From the human T2T-CHM13v2.0 reference genome, Homo sapiens: a stretch of 64,000 bases of DNA. The notes under the pieces are model-generated. The model searched no databases. It was given only the letters and a program-made list of their open reading frames with translations, and was not told where the DNA came from. How positions within the stretch are numbered: position 1 is the stretch's first letter; each line of letters starts with the position of its first letter. This document shows positions 1 to 19,800 of the stretch, one piece after another. The DNA lies in NCBI RefSeq assembly GCF_009914755.1, contig NC_060935.1. One strand, written 5' to 3'. The translations under genes and the position numbers were made by a program.

Positions 1-1100
1 GCGGTACAGCCGCCGGGAAGCCACCCTCGCCGAGCCTCCGCCGGCTCGCAGTGGCCCCGTTCCCGCCCCGCCCGGCCGGCCGCGCCCGCCCTACTTGGAC
101 TGAACCGAGAAGCTCCCGCCCGCGGCCTCCGCCAGCAAACTCATGAGCCGGCGCCCGCGCAGAGTCCTGGGCCGGCCGGGCTCTCCTCCCCCGGACCCCT
201 ACCCGCCAGCCCCGGCCGGGCCTCACCTGGTGCCCTCCCCGAGGCGGGGGAGCTGGGGGCGGCGGCAGCGGCTCCGGGCTCGAGAAGGAAGTGAGAGCGG
301 GAGGCCGGAGGAAGTGGGGGGGGCGGGCCGGCGAGGCGGGGCGGGCCGGGGCGGGGCCCGACCAGGAAGTCCGAGGGCCGATCTCCCCCTCTCCAGCCCC
401 GGCCCGCCCCCAGCCTCGCCCCCGGCCCAGTCCCGGGCTTGCCACGTTCCCCTCCCAGTCCGCTGCCCCTGCGGTCAGTAAGTCAGGCCTCCCAAGGTCA
501 AGTCTCTCCGCCTCCTCCTGGCCACCCTACCCCTGGAGGCCCTACCCTGGGCGCTAGGCGTTCGTCCTCTTCCCCCCATCCCGCCCCCACCAGCCTCCGC
601 GGGAAGATGCTGAGAAAGGCGCCCCTGGGCCTGGTCCCTTCAGTCAACCCCAGGGATAGAGTGGTGGCCGAGGCTGGGGCAGTCCCCGCCCCTGCCCTGA
701 GCCCCGGGGGAGTGCGAGGTGGTGGTGATTCAGCAGTGGGAAGGCCCCAGACCCCTGGGGAGGGTGGGGAGACTCGGGGGGAAGAGGAGCTGGCGTCAGC
801 ACCCAAGGGAAAGACAAGATCAGCAGAGGCGCAGGCGGAGCCGCGGGCCCCAAAAACAGGATGTCGAGTCGTCATTCAGCACCGTGCAGCCCTGCGAGGC
901 CTGGCTCTGGGGAGGGGGCGGGGCGGACGGAGGACTTGGGGCTTCCCTCGCCCCCTCGCCCCCTGTTCTGCTGGGGCGCGCAGCTGCTTGGGGCTGAAGA
1001 GCCGCACCCAGGCCTGAGGTCCAGCTTGGGCCCCGGCGACCCGCGGGTGGGCGGGCTCATGGGCGCCCTCTGGTGCTTCGCTCCCTGGCTTTGCGCTCGG
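1..1100. promoter_or_regulatory. CpG island / promoter of RHOG (GC boxes, three GGAAGT ETS-type motifs)
   Basis: Very GC- and CpG-rich. GGGGCGGG boxes at 338-356; GGAAGT at 287-292, 310-315 and 365-370; surrounds the RHOG first exon. Confidence 0.85.
227..292 (-). other. RHOG: Non-coding first exon (5'UTR) of RHOG, transcribed leftwards out of the window
   Basis: Minus strand reads ACTTCCTTCTCGAGCCCGGAGCCGCTGCCGCCGCCCCCAGCTCC...GGGCACCAG|GTGAGG, a strong splice donor at 226/227. It matches my recollection of the RHOG leader and the known head-to-head arrangement with STIM1. TSS position approximate. Confidence 0.8.
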
Positions 1101-1426
1101 AGCTTTGACTTGAGAATCCATATCCTTCGTTCAGCACAAAGTTTCTGAGCGCCTACCACGTGGAGAGAGCTAAGTGCTAGGTGCTGTGAAGAAACACAGC
1201 GTTTAAGACAGGATCCCTGTCTTCCAGAAGCTTTTCAAATAAACGGATTGATTCCAGGAATAAATAGCTTAACCTTTCTGAGCCTCAAATCTGTCTTTGG
1301 TAAAATAGAATAATTATATTTCACCCCGTAGTTTTGAAGATAACATGAGAATGGGTGTAAAAGACCTGTTGTCAATGCGTATCTCAAACACTAAACAAAT
1401 ATCTTTTAAAAATATCATACCCTAAG

Positions 1427-2420
<994 letters not shown>

Positions 2421-2811
2421 CATCCTCAAAAACAGAGGCTTTATCAGATTCAGGCTGGTGAATGACTGTGTGGATGAAGTCTTTCTCAAAGATCCTTCTC
2501 TAGAAGCCTCCCCTGACCTGCCAGGCAGTGTTTGGGTCTCTTGTCTCCTCTTCGGTCTGGTCCCTGTAGCCCTTCAGACAAACTCCTCTTTGTGGAGGAC
2601 ATGAGAGCAGGAGGCACAAGGGGAAATTCTCATTCCCATCCATACACCATTGGGACCACTTGACATTGGGGTGCTTGGTATTTCATGAATAAAGAAAGGA
2701 TTGTGAGCCCCAGAAATGACAGGGTTCAGAGGAACACCATACGCTAAAGCAGCTTCTATGACGCCATTAAAGATTATGTCCCAGCACAAAAGTTTTTTCT
2801 GGTTTGTTTGT

Positions 2812-7530
<4,719 letters not shown>

Positions 7531-8449
7531 CACAGATAGCAAAATTGAACGTGTCAGTTTTAATTTCCTTTGTAAGATGAATCTAAATTGTGTTACACCT
7601 CAGGATTGCTATGGATATTCATTATATGAGATAACATGTAAGCTCCAGGAGGGCAAGAAGTTTTGCTTGTTTTACTTAGTGCTATATTCCTAGTGCCTAG
7701 AACAGTGCCTGGTATGAAAATACTTTGCTCAGTAAATATTGGTTGAATGAATGATTGAATGTAGCACGTTTAGCATAATATCTAGCAGACAATAGTATCT
7801 TCCAAAACCACAGCTATTATTTAAACTTGATCTGTCTTGCCTGCTCACCTGGTCATCTAATCAATCACCAAATATTTCGCAAATCTGAACACTTTTCTAT
7901 TCCCGTCATTATTGTCCAAATTAGACTTCAGGTCTTGCCCAAGGTCACACAGCGGTGAGCTGGGTTATCAGTACAGGTCTGTCAGACCATGTCACTTGTT
8001 TCCAGCTTCTACCTTTTCCAATACTTTCTCAGCACTATTGCCAGAATAATTTCTGCAAATCACAGTTACCTGATCTTGGTGTAATTCTTTAACGGCTCTG
8101 AAATTCCTTGCAGAATAAGAGCCAACATTTTTGAGCACATTACTCTACGCGAAGCACTGTGCCAATTGTTTTACACTTATGAACTCATCTAAGCCTTACA
8201 GGATCCTACTTTTTTCAGATGGAGGAATCGGAGGTCAGAGAGATTGAGTAACTGGCCCAGAGTCACACAGCATTGCTTGGATGTGAATCTAGGCAGTCTG
8301 ATCCTAGAACCCCACTTACTCACCCACACACCCCAATCTGTGAGTCTGCACAGCCTGACTGCTTTAGACTGTTACTTGTCCTTCCTCTGTGCTCCCTCAC
8401 CTATTCCTGTACCAATCCCTCTCGAGACATATTGACATGTACTAATTAT

Positions 8450-8452
<3 letters not shown>

Positions 8453-8482
<30 letters not shown>
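8453..8482 (+). repeat. (CA)n microsatellite
   Basis: About 15 uninterrupted AC units. Confidence 0.95.
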
Positions 8483-8487
<5 letters not shown>

Positions 8488-8739
8488 CCCATTTTTTTCC
8501 CCGTAAAAATGGACCTCTTTGAGAGTAGGAACTAAGTTGTTACAAATAGGTGCTCAGTAGGTGTTAAATGAATGAATGAACATTGCAAGCAAGATTCTAG
8601 AACTCACTCTGAATGAGGAGATGATTCTCTGTGTGAAACTAGCCTAGGAAAAGCTGTTGCTAGAAGCTAAGGTCTCTCCTCACTCTCTACCCACCCAGAC
8701 CTTGGGCAATTTCTCAGCGATAGCTATACTTTCCATTTT

Positions 8740-8758
8740 TGGACACCAGGGAGCGCTA
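8740..8758 (+). promoter_or_regulatory. Candidate CTCF site between the divergent RHOG and STIM1 promoters
   Basis: TGGACACCAGGGAGCGCTA versus consensus TGGCCACCAGGGGGCGCTA (17/19), in unique sequence. Confidence 0.5.
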
Positions 8759-9673
8759 CTAATAATGCAACCCAAACTAGGGGATTCCTAAATTTTTCTG
8801 AGCAGATTTTGGACTCTCAATTATTATTTCTAGCAAAGTCTCCCTCATTTTCTGAATGAAAGCTATTGGTAACCAGAAACTCTGCGGTGTGGAGAAAGGA
8901 CAGTTATGCTGCTGTACAGAACACACATCATTCATTTATTCACTTAGCGAAACGTTTATTGAGTACCAGCTATGTAATGGGCAACCTAGACTGTGAAAAT
9001 ATAAAGATGGATAAAATGCAGCCCTTGATGAGCTCAGAGGCTAATGTAGAAGATATACGCTTATTAAATAATCATAATTCAGCTGCGCATGGTGGCATGT
9101 GCCTGTAGACGCAGCTACTCGGGAGACTGAGGTGGGAGGATCTCTCGAGTCCAGGAATTCAATGCTGCAGTGAACTATAATTGCACCACTGCACTTTAGC
9201 CTGGGCAACAGAGTGAGAACCTGTCTCTAAAAATAAATAAATAAATAAATAAATAAAAAAGAATATTCCTATTCAAAAAATAAAACTCACTTAAGTCCAG
9301 GAGGTTAAGGCTGTAGTAAGCCATGATCATACTACTGCACTCCAGCCTGAGTAACAGAGAAAGACCCTGTCTCAAAAAAAAAAAAAAAAATCATAATCAA
9401 ATTACATAAGTACTCTAAGGTATAGAAGAAGACTGAAGAGACAGGGCAAGTCAGGCAAGGTGTTAAAGTGGGGTGGAGCTTTTGAGTTTTGCTAAAAATC
9501 ATAACCCTTGATTTATGGTAAGGTAACATCACTGGTCAGGGCATGGATGCTTTTATTTCATTTGAGCTGAGACTTGAAGGATGGGGAGGGAATCCCAAAG
9601 AAGAAAGCAAGCTTGGCTCTCACCTACCACTTTATCTCCTGAGCCTCAGTTTCTTCATCTTTAAAATGAGTAA

Positions 9674-10275
<602 letters not shown>

Positions 10276-11409
10276 GCCCCTGTTTTATCTAGCAGAGCTT
10301 CTGTGAGGAAGAGATGAGATAATACATGTGAAAACTCTTGCAAACAGTGGAATAGAGGCATAAGAATTAGTTAATCCAATTTGATTTAGCCAACATCTTC
10401 AGAACATCTAAGCAAGGCCCTAAGATTAATGCAAGGGAGATATACTGCATAGGTATAAAAAGAGAGATGGGGAGAAAGCTCTCTGTTTCCTCCTGAAGCT
10501 TACAATATGTTGAGGGGGTCCTTTCTTTTTTTTTTTTTTTAAACAGATTTTTGCTCTATCACCTGGGCTGGAGTGCAGTGGCAATCACAGCTCACTGCAG
10601 CCTCGACCTCCTGGGCTCAAGCCATCCTCCTGGCTCAGCCCCCTGAGTAGCTGGGACTACGGGGACACACCACCATGCCAAGTTAATGTTTGTATTTTTT
10701 TGTAGAGACAGAGTCTCACTATGTTGCCTAGGCTGGTCTCAAACTCCTGGGCTCTAGTGATCCTCCCATCTCAGCCTCCCAAAGTGCTAGGATTTTAGGT
10801 GTGAGCCCTAGTACATACCTGGGTTCTTGCAAGGGTCACACTTTTAGAAGGACGAAGCATAGGGGCTTATAGAGATGAGGGTCACAGATTCTGATCAGGT
10901 TTCAGAATTTTTTTATTTTGTAGAATATTAAAGCTGCACTGGGTCAATAATCTGGTAGCTGACCAGTTTATAGTTGGGGAGACTGAAATTCAGAGGGGAA
11001 CTGACTTTTCTAGTGTCACATCGTGATCTTGGAGGCAGAGAAGACACCAGAAGTTTCTTCCTGTTGCCCAGGCTGTGGCTTTGGCTCCCAGGTACCATTT
11101 ATTTGTTATTTTATTTTATTTTTGAGATGGAGTCTCACTTTGTCACCCACGCTGGAGTCCGGTGGCGTGATCTTGGCTCACTGCAACCTCTGCCTCCCAG
11201 ATTCAAGTGATTCTCCTGCCTCAGCCTCCTGAGTAACTGGGGTTACAGGCACACGCCACCACGCCCAGCTAATTTTTGTATTCTTAGTAGATACGGGGTT
11301 TCATCATGTTGGCCAGGCTGTTTTCAAATCACTGACCTCAAGTGATCTGCCGGCCTTGGCCTCCCAAAGTGTTGGGATTACAGGTGTGAGCCACGGCGCC
11401 TGGTCATTT

Positions 11410-12260
<851 letters not shown>

Positions 12261-12889
12261 ATTGTTAGTTCTTAGACACCATTTTAGCGTCACAGGAAAT
12301 TCGACAGCTTCCAAGAGGTTTAAGGTCTTGGTGTAAATTGGTAACAGACCCTGGCTTCCTGCCTCCAAGATCTGTTTGTTGTACCAAATAGATAAGCACC
12401 CATAACCCCGAAGAAATCATATGGTGGTGAAAAGAAATGCTGTAGTCGAGTTTGAAGGAAATTGTGTTAAACATGCTTTACTTTGCTCATTTCTTTCATG
12501 TTCTCTTAGGCAAATGAGTGCACAGGCAGGAGAGCTGGCTTAGGTAGAAATGATCAACTGTCAGTCTGAGTGATTAATCTGGGCTGCAGACATGTTTTCT
12601 GTGGCCTATATAAGGTTTTATCCTTTTAAACGAATTGGTAATATTTTTTTAAAAAGGATATGTCATATGAAAGTCCAGATTTCCATCTTCTCTCTCTCTC
12701 TTTTTTTTTTTTTTTAATTGAGACAGGGTCTTGCTCTGTTGCCCAGGCTGGAGTGCAATGGTGTGATCATGGCTCACTGCAGCCTTGAGCTCCTGGATTT
12801 AAGCGATCATCCCCCCTCAGCCTGCTGAGTAGCTGGGACCACAGAAGCCAGATACCACTCATGGCTAATTAAAAAAATTTTTTTTGTAG

Positions 12890-13036
<147 letters not shown>

Positions 13037-14269
13037 TAGGCCCATCTTTCTGCCTGCTCTCCACAGTCCCCACCACTCCGTATTACTCCTACCTACTTTT
13101 CTTAATTGAATTACCTACCTGCCCATTTTGCCATTTGAATTTAAGACCCCTGGCTCAGAGAATAGGTCTAGGAGAACCTAGGTAGGGTTTCAACTGTTCT
13201 GGTCAATTTTCCAATATTCCGGTATTAGTTTTTAGTATCTGAGTGTTCAAGTGAATTAACTCATGTAATCCAGCTTTTACAGAGAACTTACTATGTGCAG
13301 GGTCTATGGCTGGGTCCTAGTGTCACAGAGATGAATAAGGCACAGTCTCTGACCTGAAAAGTGGCAATCACTATCTGTTGGGGGAGGGGCAGACAGATGT
13401 AATGGTCCAATTTTGGCCACAGACTGATTTTGAAGGGGTGGGCAGAGTAAAAGTTTCTAAGGAGACACATTGAGCTGTATCTGGAAGAGTAAGAGACCAG
13501 CTACATGAGGAACTGGGAGCAGGCGAGAGTGTTTCATGCAGAAGCAACAGCAGATACAAAGGCTGTGAGGTGGCTGAGTTTGACGTGGTTAGGAACTTAA
13601 CGAAGGCTAGTGTGACAGGAGCTTAACAGAGCCGGGAGAGTGGTAGTAGGTTACATTAGCCATGTATTTTTATATCAACGGCCTAACCCTTAAGCCAGGC
13701 AGCTGTTGGGCAAATTCGTGTTCCCAGTCTTCAGGGGCCTTGCTCAGAACAGGTAGCTGGTTTAGCACTGTCAGTCAGAGGAGGGACTGGGCCTGATCCT
13801 TTCCCCTGCGTCTGGTGCCAAGGACAGGGTAGGGCACAGAGGTTTCAGTCAAGATCTGCTGACAGCACGCTTGAGAAGAGAACAGGAAGTGCAGGCTTTG
13901 TTGAAGGAGGCTCAGGCGTGGCTCTGTCTTCTTTGGCGCACTCATTCTCAAGTCGCTGACACCTCCTCCACCAGAGAGGTAGCTGGGAGAATGAGATGCA
14001 GGGAGGAAGCATTTACAGGCCCCACCGAAAAACCTTAAAGGGCTGAGAGCTTGAGGGCAGGTAGGAAAAAGGGCTTTGAGAGCTAAGGGAGGGCATCCCA
14101 CTTAGCTTGGAGGGGAAGGGAGGCGGGGTCGGGAAAGCAGATGGCACCCTTTAGCCCAGACTCAAGGAATGTGTAGGGGAATTTTAGCTAGAGTGGTTTG
14201 GACATTTCATTTTGCTTTCTGGCATCATCATTTCCTCAGAAAACACTCGCAGGCCCCAGTGGCCCTCGT

Positions 14270-15560
14270 GGGCCTCCCCCGGGGCGGGTCTTAGCTTCAC
14301 TCGGCAACCCTCTGCAAAAGAGCAGGCCCTCCCAGGAGCGCCGAGTCCTGTCTGCAGTTTGCTGATTTTCCCACCAGGGGCCGCTGCGCATGGGCGACGA
14401 AGCGCGCGGGTTCCCAAGCCGCAGAGAGGCGGAAGCCGATTGGTTGTCAGGCGAGGCGCGAGGGCGGAGCCTGGGAACTGGCCGGGAGTTGGGGGCTGGG
14501 AGCTCGCCCCCGGGCCGAGCCGGGTCGGGCTGTTGTCGCCTCAGGCAGCTCCTGGGAGGCTAACGTCGTGTCCTGGGCCTCTGTTTAGACAGCTCTAGAA
14601 CTGAGGCGAGTGGAGCAGCACCAAGGCCCGGAGATCGGGGCAGGGCAGCTGCTGTCGCCGCCGCCGCAGGCCTGAGTTACCTGAGTAACTGCGGGTCAGG
14701 GACCCGCCCGACGGCCCGCGGTTGGCGCTGGAGACTCTCGGTGGGGAAAGGGAAGCTGGGACTTGATCCTTTGCGCGGGATCCTGGCAAAGACTAGCGCG
14801 GGCCGGGGGTCCGGGAGAGCCCGCTAGGGGCGGGGATTCCGGGGAGCCGTCTTCACCGGTTATTCCGGGATCCAGCTGGGCGCTGGGGCTGGCCCGGGCT
14901 TCGCTGGGGACCGGGCGGCGCGGGGCGGGCCCGCGGGAGAGCACGCCCCCGCCCGCCCCGGGCCCGCCCCGCGCCGCCCGCCCGCCTGGAAGCCGCTGTC
15001 CTGGGCCTGGCCGGTGTGCGTCCGCCTGCTGGACCTGGGCACCGCCAGCCGCCTGGGCACGGGACTGGGCGGGGGCGCTGACCTCGGCCTAGGAGGCCCA
15101 GGATCCCGGAGACGCCCGCGCCCTCAGGACCCTGCGGGTCGCACGCCCTCCCCAGCTTCTGCTGCTCGCCGCTCTTCGGCAGGGCGAGGTCAGGTGCCCC
15201 CTTCTCGCCTCTCTTCTCTTCTCTTCTCTTCCTCCTCCACTTCTGTGCCCGCGGAGACTCCGGCCGCCCCCTTCCGCAGGGGTGTAGTAATCTGCGGAGC
15301 TGACAGCAGCCCCGCAGCCACCCTGCCCGAAGTCTCCGGAAGCGGCACGAGCTCAGGCCGCCGCAGCCCCGGCGGACCCACTGTTGGACCTGAGGAGCCA
15401 GCCCTCCTCCCGCACCCAAACTTGGAGCACTTGACCTTTGGCTGTTGGAGGGGGCAGGCTCGCGGGTGGCTGGACAGCTGCGGAGCCGCGAGGGCATCTT
15501 GCCTGGAGACCGTCGGCTGCACTCCCGGGCTCCTGGCTTTGCCTCTGGGATCCCGAGGTG
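14270..15560. promoter_or_regulatory. CpG island / STIM1 promoter and 5' leader
   Basis: CpG-dense. Reverse CCAAT (ATTGG 14439-14443) next to CGGAAG (14430-14435), GC boxes, and two perfect EGR1/WT1-type GCGGGGGCG sites (14944-14952 minus, 15069-15077 plus). Confidence 0.9.
15388..15467 (+). ncRNA. MIR4687: pre-miR-4687 hairpin (5p ~15399-15420, 3p ~15439-15459)
   Basis: ACCTGAGGAGCCAGCCCTCCTCCCGCACCCAAA...TTTGGCTGTTGGAGGGGGCAGGCTCGCGGGT. The arms are visibly complementary (GAGCC/GGCTC, GCCCTCCTCC/GGAGGGGGC, CCAAA/TTTGG) and the sequence matches my recall of hsa-mir-4687. Confidence 0.85.
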
Positions 15561-15574
15561 TCCACATCAGACGC

Positions 15575-16031
<457 letters not shown>

Positions 16032-16418
16032 TAGGCCTACTTGTCTGGAAGAATGGCCTGGTGAGATGATAAGTTCATTGCTCCTATTCGGTTTTAGTAC
16101 TGAGCAGCATGGGGGAGGTTGGGGCCACTTATGTTGGAAAGGGAAAGTTAAGGCTGGGCCACCTCTGTTGCCTGAAAGCCTGGTGTTCAGGTGTGCCTAT
16201 TCCAACAACCGTGGGAACCCTAGTCCCACCCTTCCCTTAGGTAGTCTTGTCTCTTTGCTGTGCGCATTTGAAATATCCAGGTGGTTTCTTAGATGGAATC
16301 CTATTTACCACTAGGGTGTTAAATGGCCTTTTCTTGACATAGACATGATATAATTCCTGGGACCACTTGTTGACTTATTCTGTTTCTTCTGACTGATGAG
16401 GGTGGGAATTCCATGCTA

Positions 16419-16452
<34 letters not shown>

Positions 16453-16579
16453 CCCTGAGTCTGCTTGCTAGGGAAACCATGCTACTTTTGATCTGTCATG
16501 GTTTTTCCTATGCAGTTGTGAAGGCTTATCAGGCAGCAGGAGCCCTGGTATACTTTTGCAGTAGAAAGGAACACTTTTA

Positions 16580-16855
16580 TGTTTTGTTTTGTTTTTTTGA
16601 GACAGGGTCTTGATCTGTCGTCCAAGCTGGAATGCAGTAGTGTGATCACAGCTCACTACAGCCTCAAACTCCTGGGTTCAAGTGATCCTCCTGCCTCAGC
16701 CTCCCGGTAGCTGGGACTAAACACAAGAGCCACTGGGCCTGGCTAACTTTTTTTTTCTTTCTATTTTTAATTTTTTGAACAGACACTGTCTCTCTGTGTT
16801 GTGCAGGGATCCCTCCCAAAGTGCTGGGATTACAGGTGTGAGCCACTGTACCCAT
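16580..16855 (-). mobile_element. AluJ-like element with an internal deletion in the left arm
   Basis: Alu motifs; jumps from TGTGTTGTGCAGG to CCTCCCAAAGTGCTGG. Confidence 0.85.
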
Positions 16856-19800
16856 CAAGGAACTCTATTAAAATCCAGTCATTTTACATAAGGCTTACGA
16901 GATCAGTTCTCTTTTCCCATTTCTCTCACCCTTTGGCTGTGATCTGCCCAAAGCTGTGACCTGCAGTGTGGGGAGAGTTTATAGATGAGTTGTTTCTGAG
17001 CATAAGCAAGTTCAAATGAGGGAATGGCTCAGTGGGCACCTGCTGATACAAGTCAGAAAAGGAAATATAGGTCATGATGGCTGGGGAGTTTCATGGATGG
17101 ATCCAGAAGCTGGCTTTGGTGGTAGACCCTTTATTGGGCAATACCCTTTTAAGTTCCAGATGTTCCAAGAGGTCTGGTTTCCAAATGAGGCCAGGGTTGC
17201 CCATGTGTAAGTAGGATACCTGGCTGTTGCTTTCTAGATAGATCCTTTTTGCCTATTAATCCTGTCTCTCCATAGAGAGTCTCCTTGACCTTTGAGACCT
17301 GGCTGAAAGCTTGGTTCTTATTGGGCTATGAAGGGAAAGACTAGTGGGCAAATGTAGATTGAACTGTGAAGTAGACCTAATTATCATCTCTTCCTGTCCC
17401 TGTGACATTCCTATTTATAACTGATAATATGTCTTTTTTCACTCCAAAATATGAGTGCCTGACATAAGATGAATATTTTTTGGAGAGTGGGTGTTCTATA
17501 TTTTAGACATAAGCTAAAGGGATGAAATTTTGAATGTAGACATTGGCTGGCTATTAGGAAGGTTTTTTTTGTTTTGTTTTTTTTTTTTCGCCTGAAGTAA
17601 AAGGCATTCTAGCCTTCCTCAGGACCACCCCATGACTTGAGCTTTTGGAGACAATTCTTCACACAACATATATTTCAGAGGCCTGGCTATGCTGATTATA
17701 CCACTTAGGCCTACTCATGCTCAGTTTAGAAACTGGTTTCTGTTGTCACAATAATAGTGAATTCCAGGGAGGAAAGTCTCAGAGAGACCCTAGGTGCTGT
17801 GAATGCCTAAGGTTTGTGGAAACCTGGAGGTTCTAGCACTATTGTTGTGGTAGGTTTTCCCCTTGGGTCTACCTGGGGTTTTGTCTTTGACTCAGTCAGG
17901 GACTTGTTTTTGCAAAGAGGTGGTTCATATAGACTGGGATCTGCAAAAGAGTTTGGAGAGAAACTTTCTATGCAACTAGGAACTCTTGCATCCTTTCCAG
18001 CCTCTCTGTATCCCCAGAACACAGGAGGAGCTTTACTTGCTCTTAAAACTACTACTTTTAAAAATCAGATTCAACATACCCAGTCAATTTGTGTGTTCTC
18101 TGCAGTTTGTATTTTACAATTACATAGCTGTTTTTCCAACAGAGTCTCACAATAGCCCTGTTACAATGCAGGGCAAGTGGTATTGTCCCCATTTTTATGG
18201 GTGAAGAAACCTGGTCCTGTGCTTGGTCTTTCTTATAGGCAGGTCTTCTGATGCTTAAGTCTTGGATTTCTTCCATCTTCTCAGGTCCTGCCCTGTTAAA
18301 GGAGTGCTAGGCAGGGCTGGAGAATGTTGCTTTCCTTCTGACAATTAGGCAGGCCTTGGTGACTCTGTAGCTGAGAGCCAAGAAAAGGGCTGTACTTTTT
18401 TTCTGCTCTGGAGAGTCTTTTGCAGGGGCCCAGAGAATTTGATTTTTTCTCTTTTGGATGTATATACCCATCTGTCTCTTTTTAGTTAGTTAAAATATTT
18501 GATCCTAAGATTGATTTAGTTAAAATGCTTATGGCTTTAGCATGCATACAATAAACACTATGAAAGCCTGATCCTGCAGTGAAGGCAGGTGCTCTACAAG
18601 GAGGATCTCTCACTGGGCCGTGGAGAGGCCATTCCTGTCACCCTTTGGCTCTTTAATACCTGTACACCCAGCCATGCTAGGTCACTTTCTCAGTAAAGAT
18701 CTGTGCCTGCCTGTGCTACTCTGGGGCTTGCGTTTCTGAAGCTGGCCTGATACGGATGCTTGGAACCGTCCTTAGACTCTAGAAAACAACAATGGTTTCT
18801 GTAGAATGTGCATGAGGGACCTCAGGTGGAGTCTGGAGTTATGGCTGCCAGTGTTGGAGGTATTGAGGGCCTCTAATCAGGAACTGTGGTTTAGTTCAGT
18901 GTAGCTAGGACAGGGCCTTGGAGGATAGGCATCTAGGCAGTGTGCAGAGTGCAGGCTGGCTTCTCAATCAACCTCTGATGGAGTGGCAGGCCAGAACCCT
19001 GCCTCCCTCCCCCAGCTAGTTGCTGCTGCCTCCAAGGCTATAAATGGCCTGGCCATCTTGGTAGCTATGCTAATTTTAGCTGAGGGTGGCTCCCGGAACT
19101 GGGCTGGGGCCAAGAGCAGGTAGGTGGGGCTTGGCTGAAGCTAATACTGGGGCCTGGGGAGAGGGATACACTAAGCCTGGGGTAGCCAGGATATAATCTG
19201 CTCCCAGGCCTCAGCTTTGACAATCACCCTTAGCTAGGTTAATTGATTCAGCAAACATTGAACAATGCCAGCTCATGTGGTATTTATTAAACAAGTATTA
19301 ATATTTGAGTGCCTTCTCTGGGCTAGGTCATATGTTCCTGTGGGGATTTAAGGATGAACAAAACAGACATGTTCCTTCCCTCATGGAAGTTACAGTCTTG
19401 TTGATGAGACAGATAATAAACACATAAATAAATATATTATCTTGTGGAAAATGTCATGGAAGAAATAAACAGGATGCTATCATGGAGAATGAGAGGGGAA
19501 CAGAGATCTAGTTAAAGCCTGAACCTAATTGTAGGACAGATTAATACAATAACATCAATGATAATAATAGCAACTAACTTTTTTAGAGCTTACTATATGT
19601 CAGGCACTATTTAAACATTTTGTTTTATTAAATTCTTATTACCATCCTGTGTTATATTGTCCCCATTTTATAGATGAGAAAATTAAATCATAGAGAGGTT
19701 AAATAACTTGCCCATGTTTACACAGATAACAAGGAAGCCAGAGTTTGAATCCAGGCAGTCTGATTCTTCTCTCTACCTCTACTTTAGCCACTCTCAAAAC

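Noticed and set aside
143-1159. Overlapping Pro/Gly/Arg-rich ORFs (60-192 aa) in the RHOG island
   Set aside because: Expected from stop-codon scarcity in GC-rich DNA; no recognisable domain.
9080-9260. 7SL-like RNA gene
   Set aside because: A free right Alu monomer without the 7SL S-domain.
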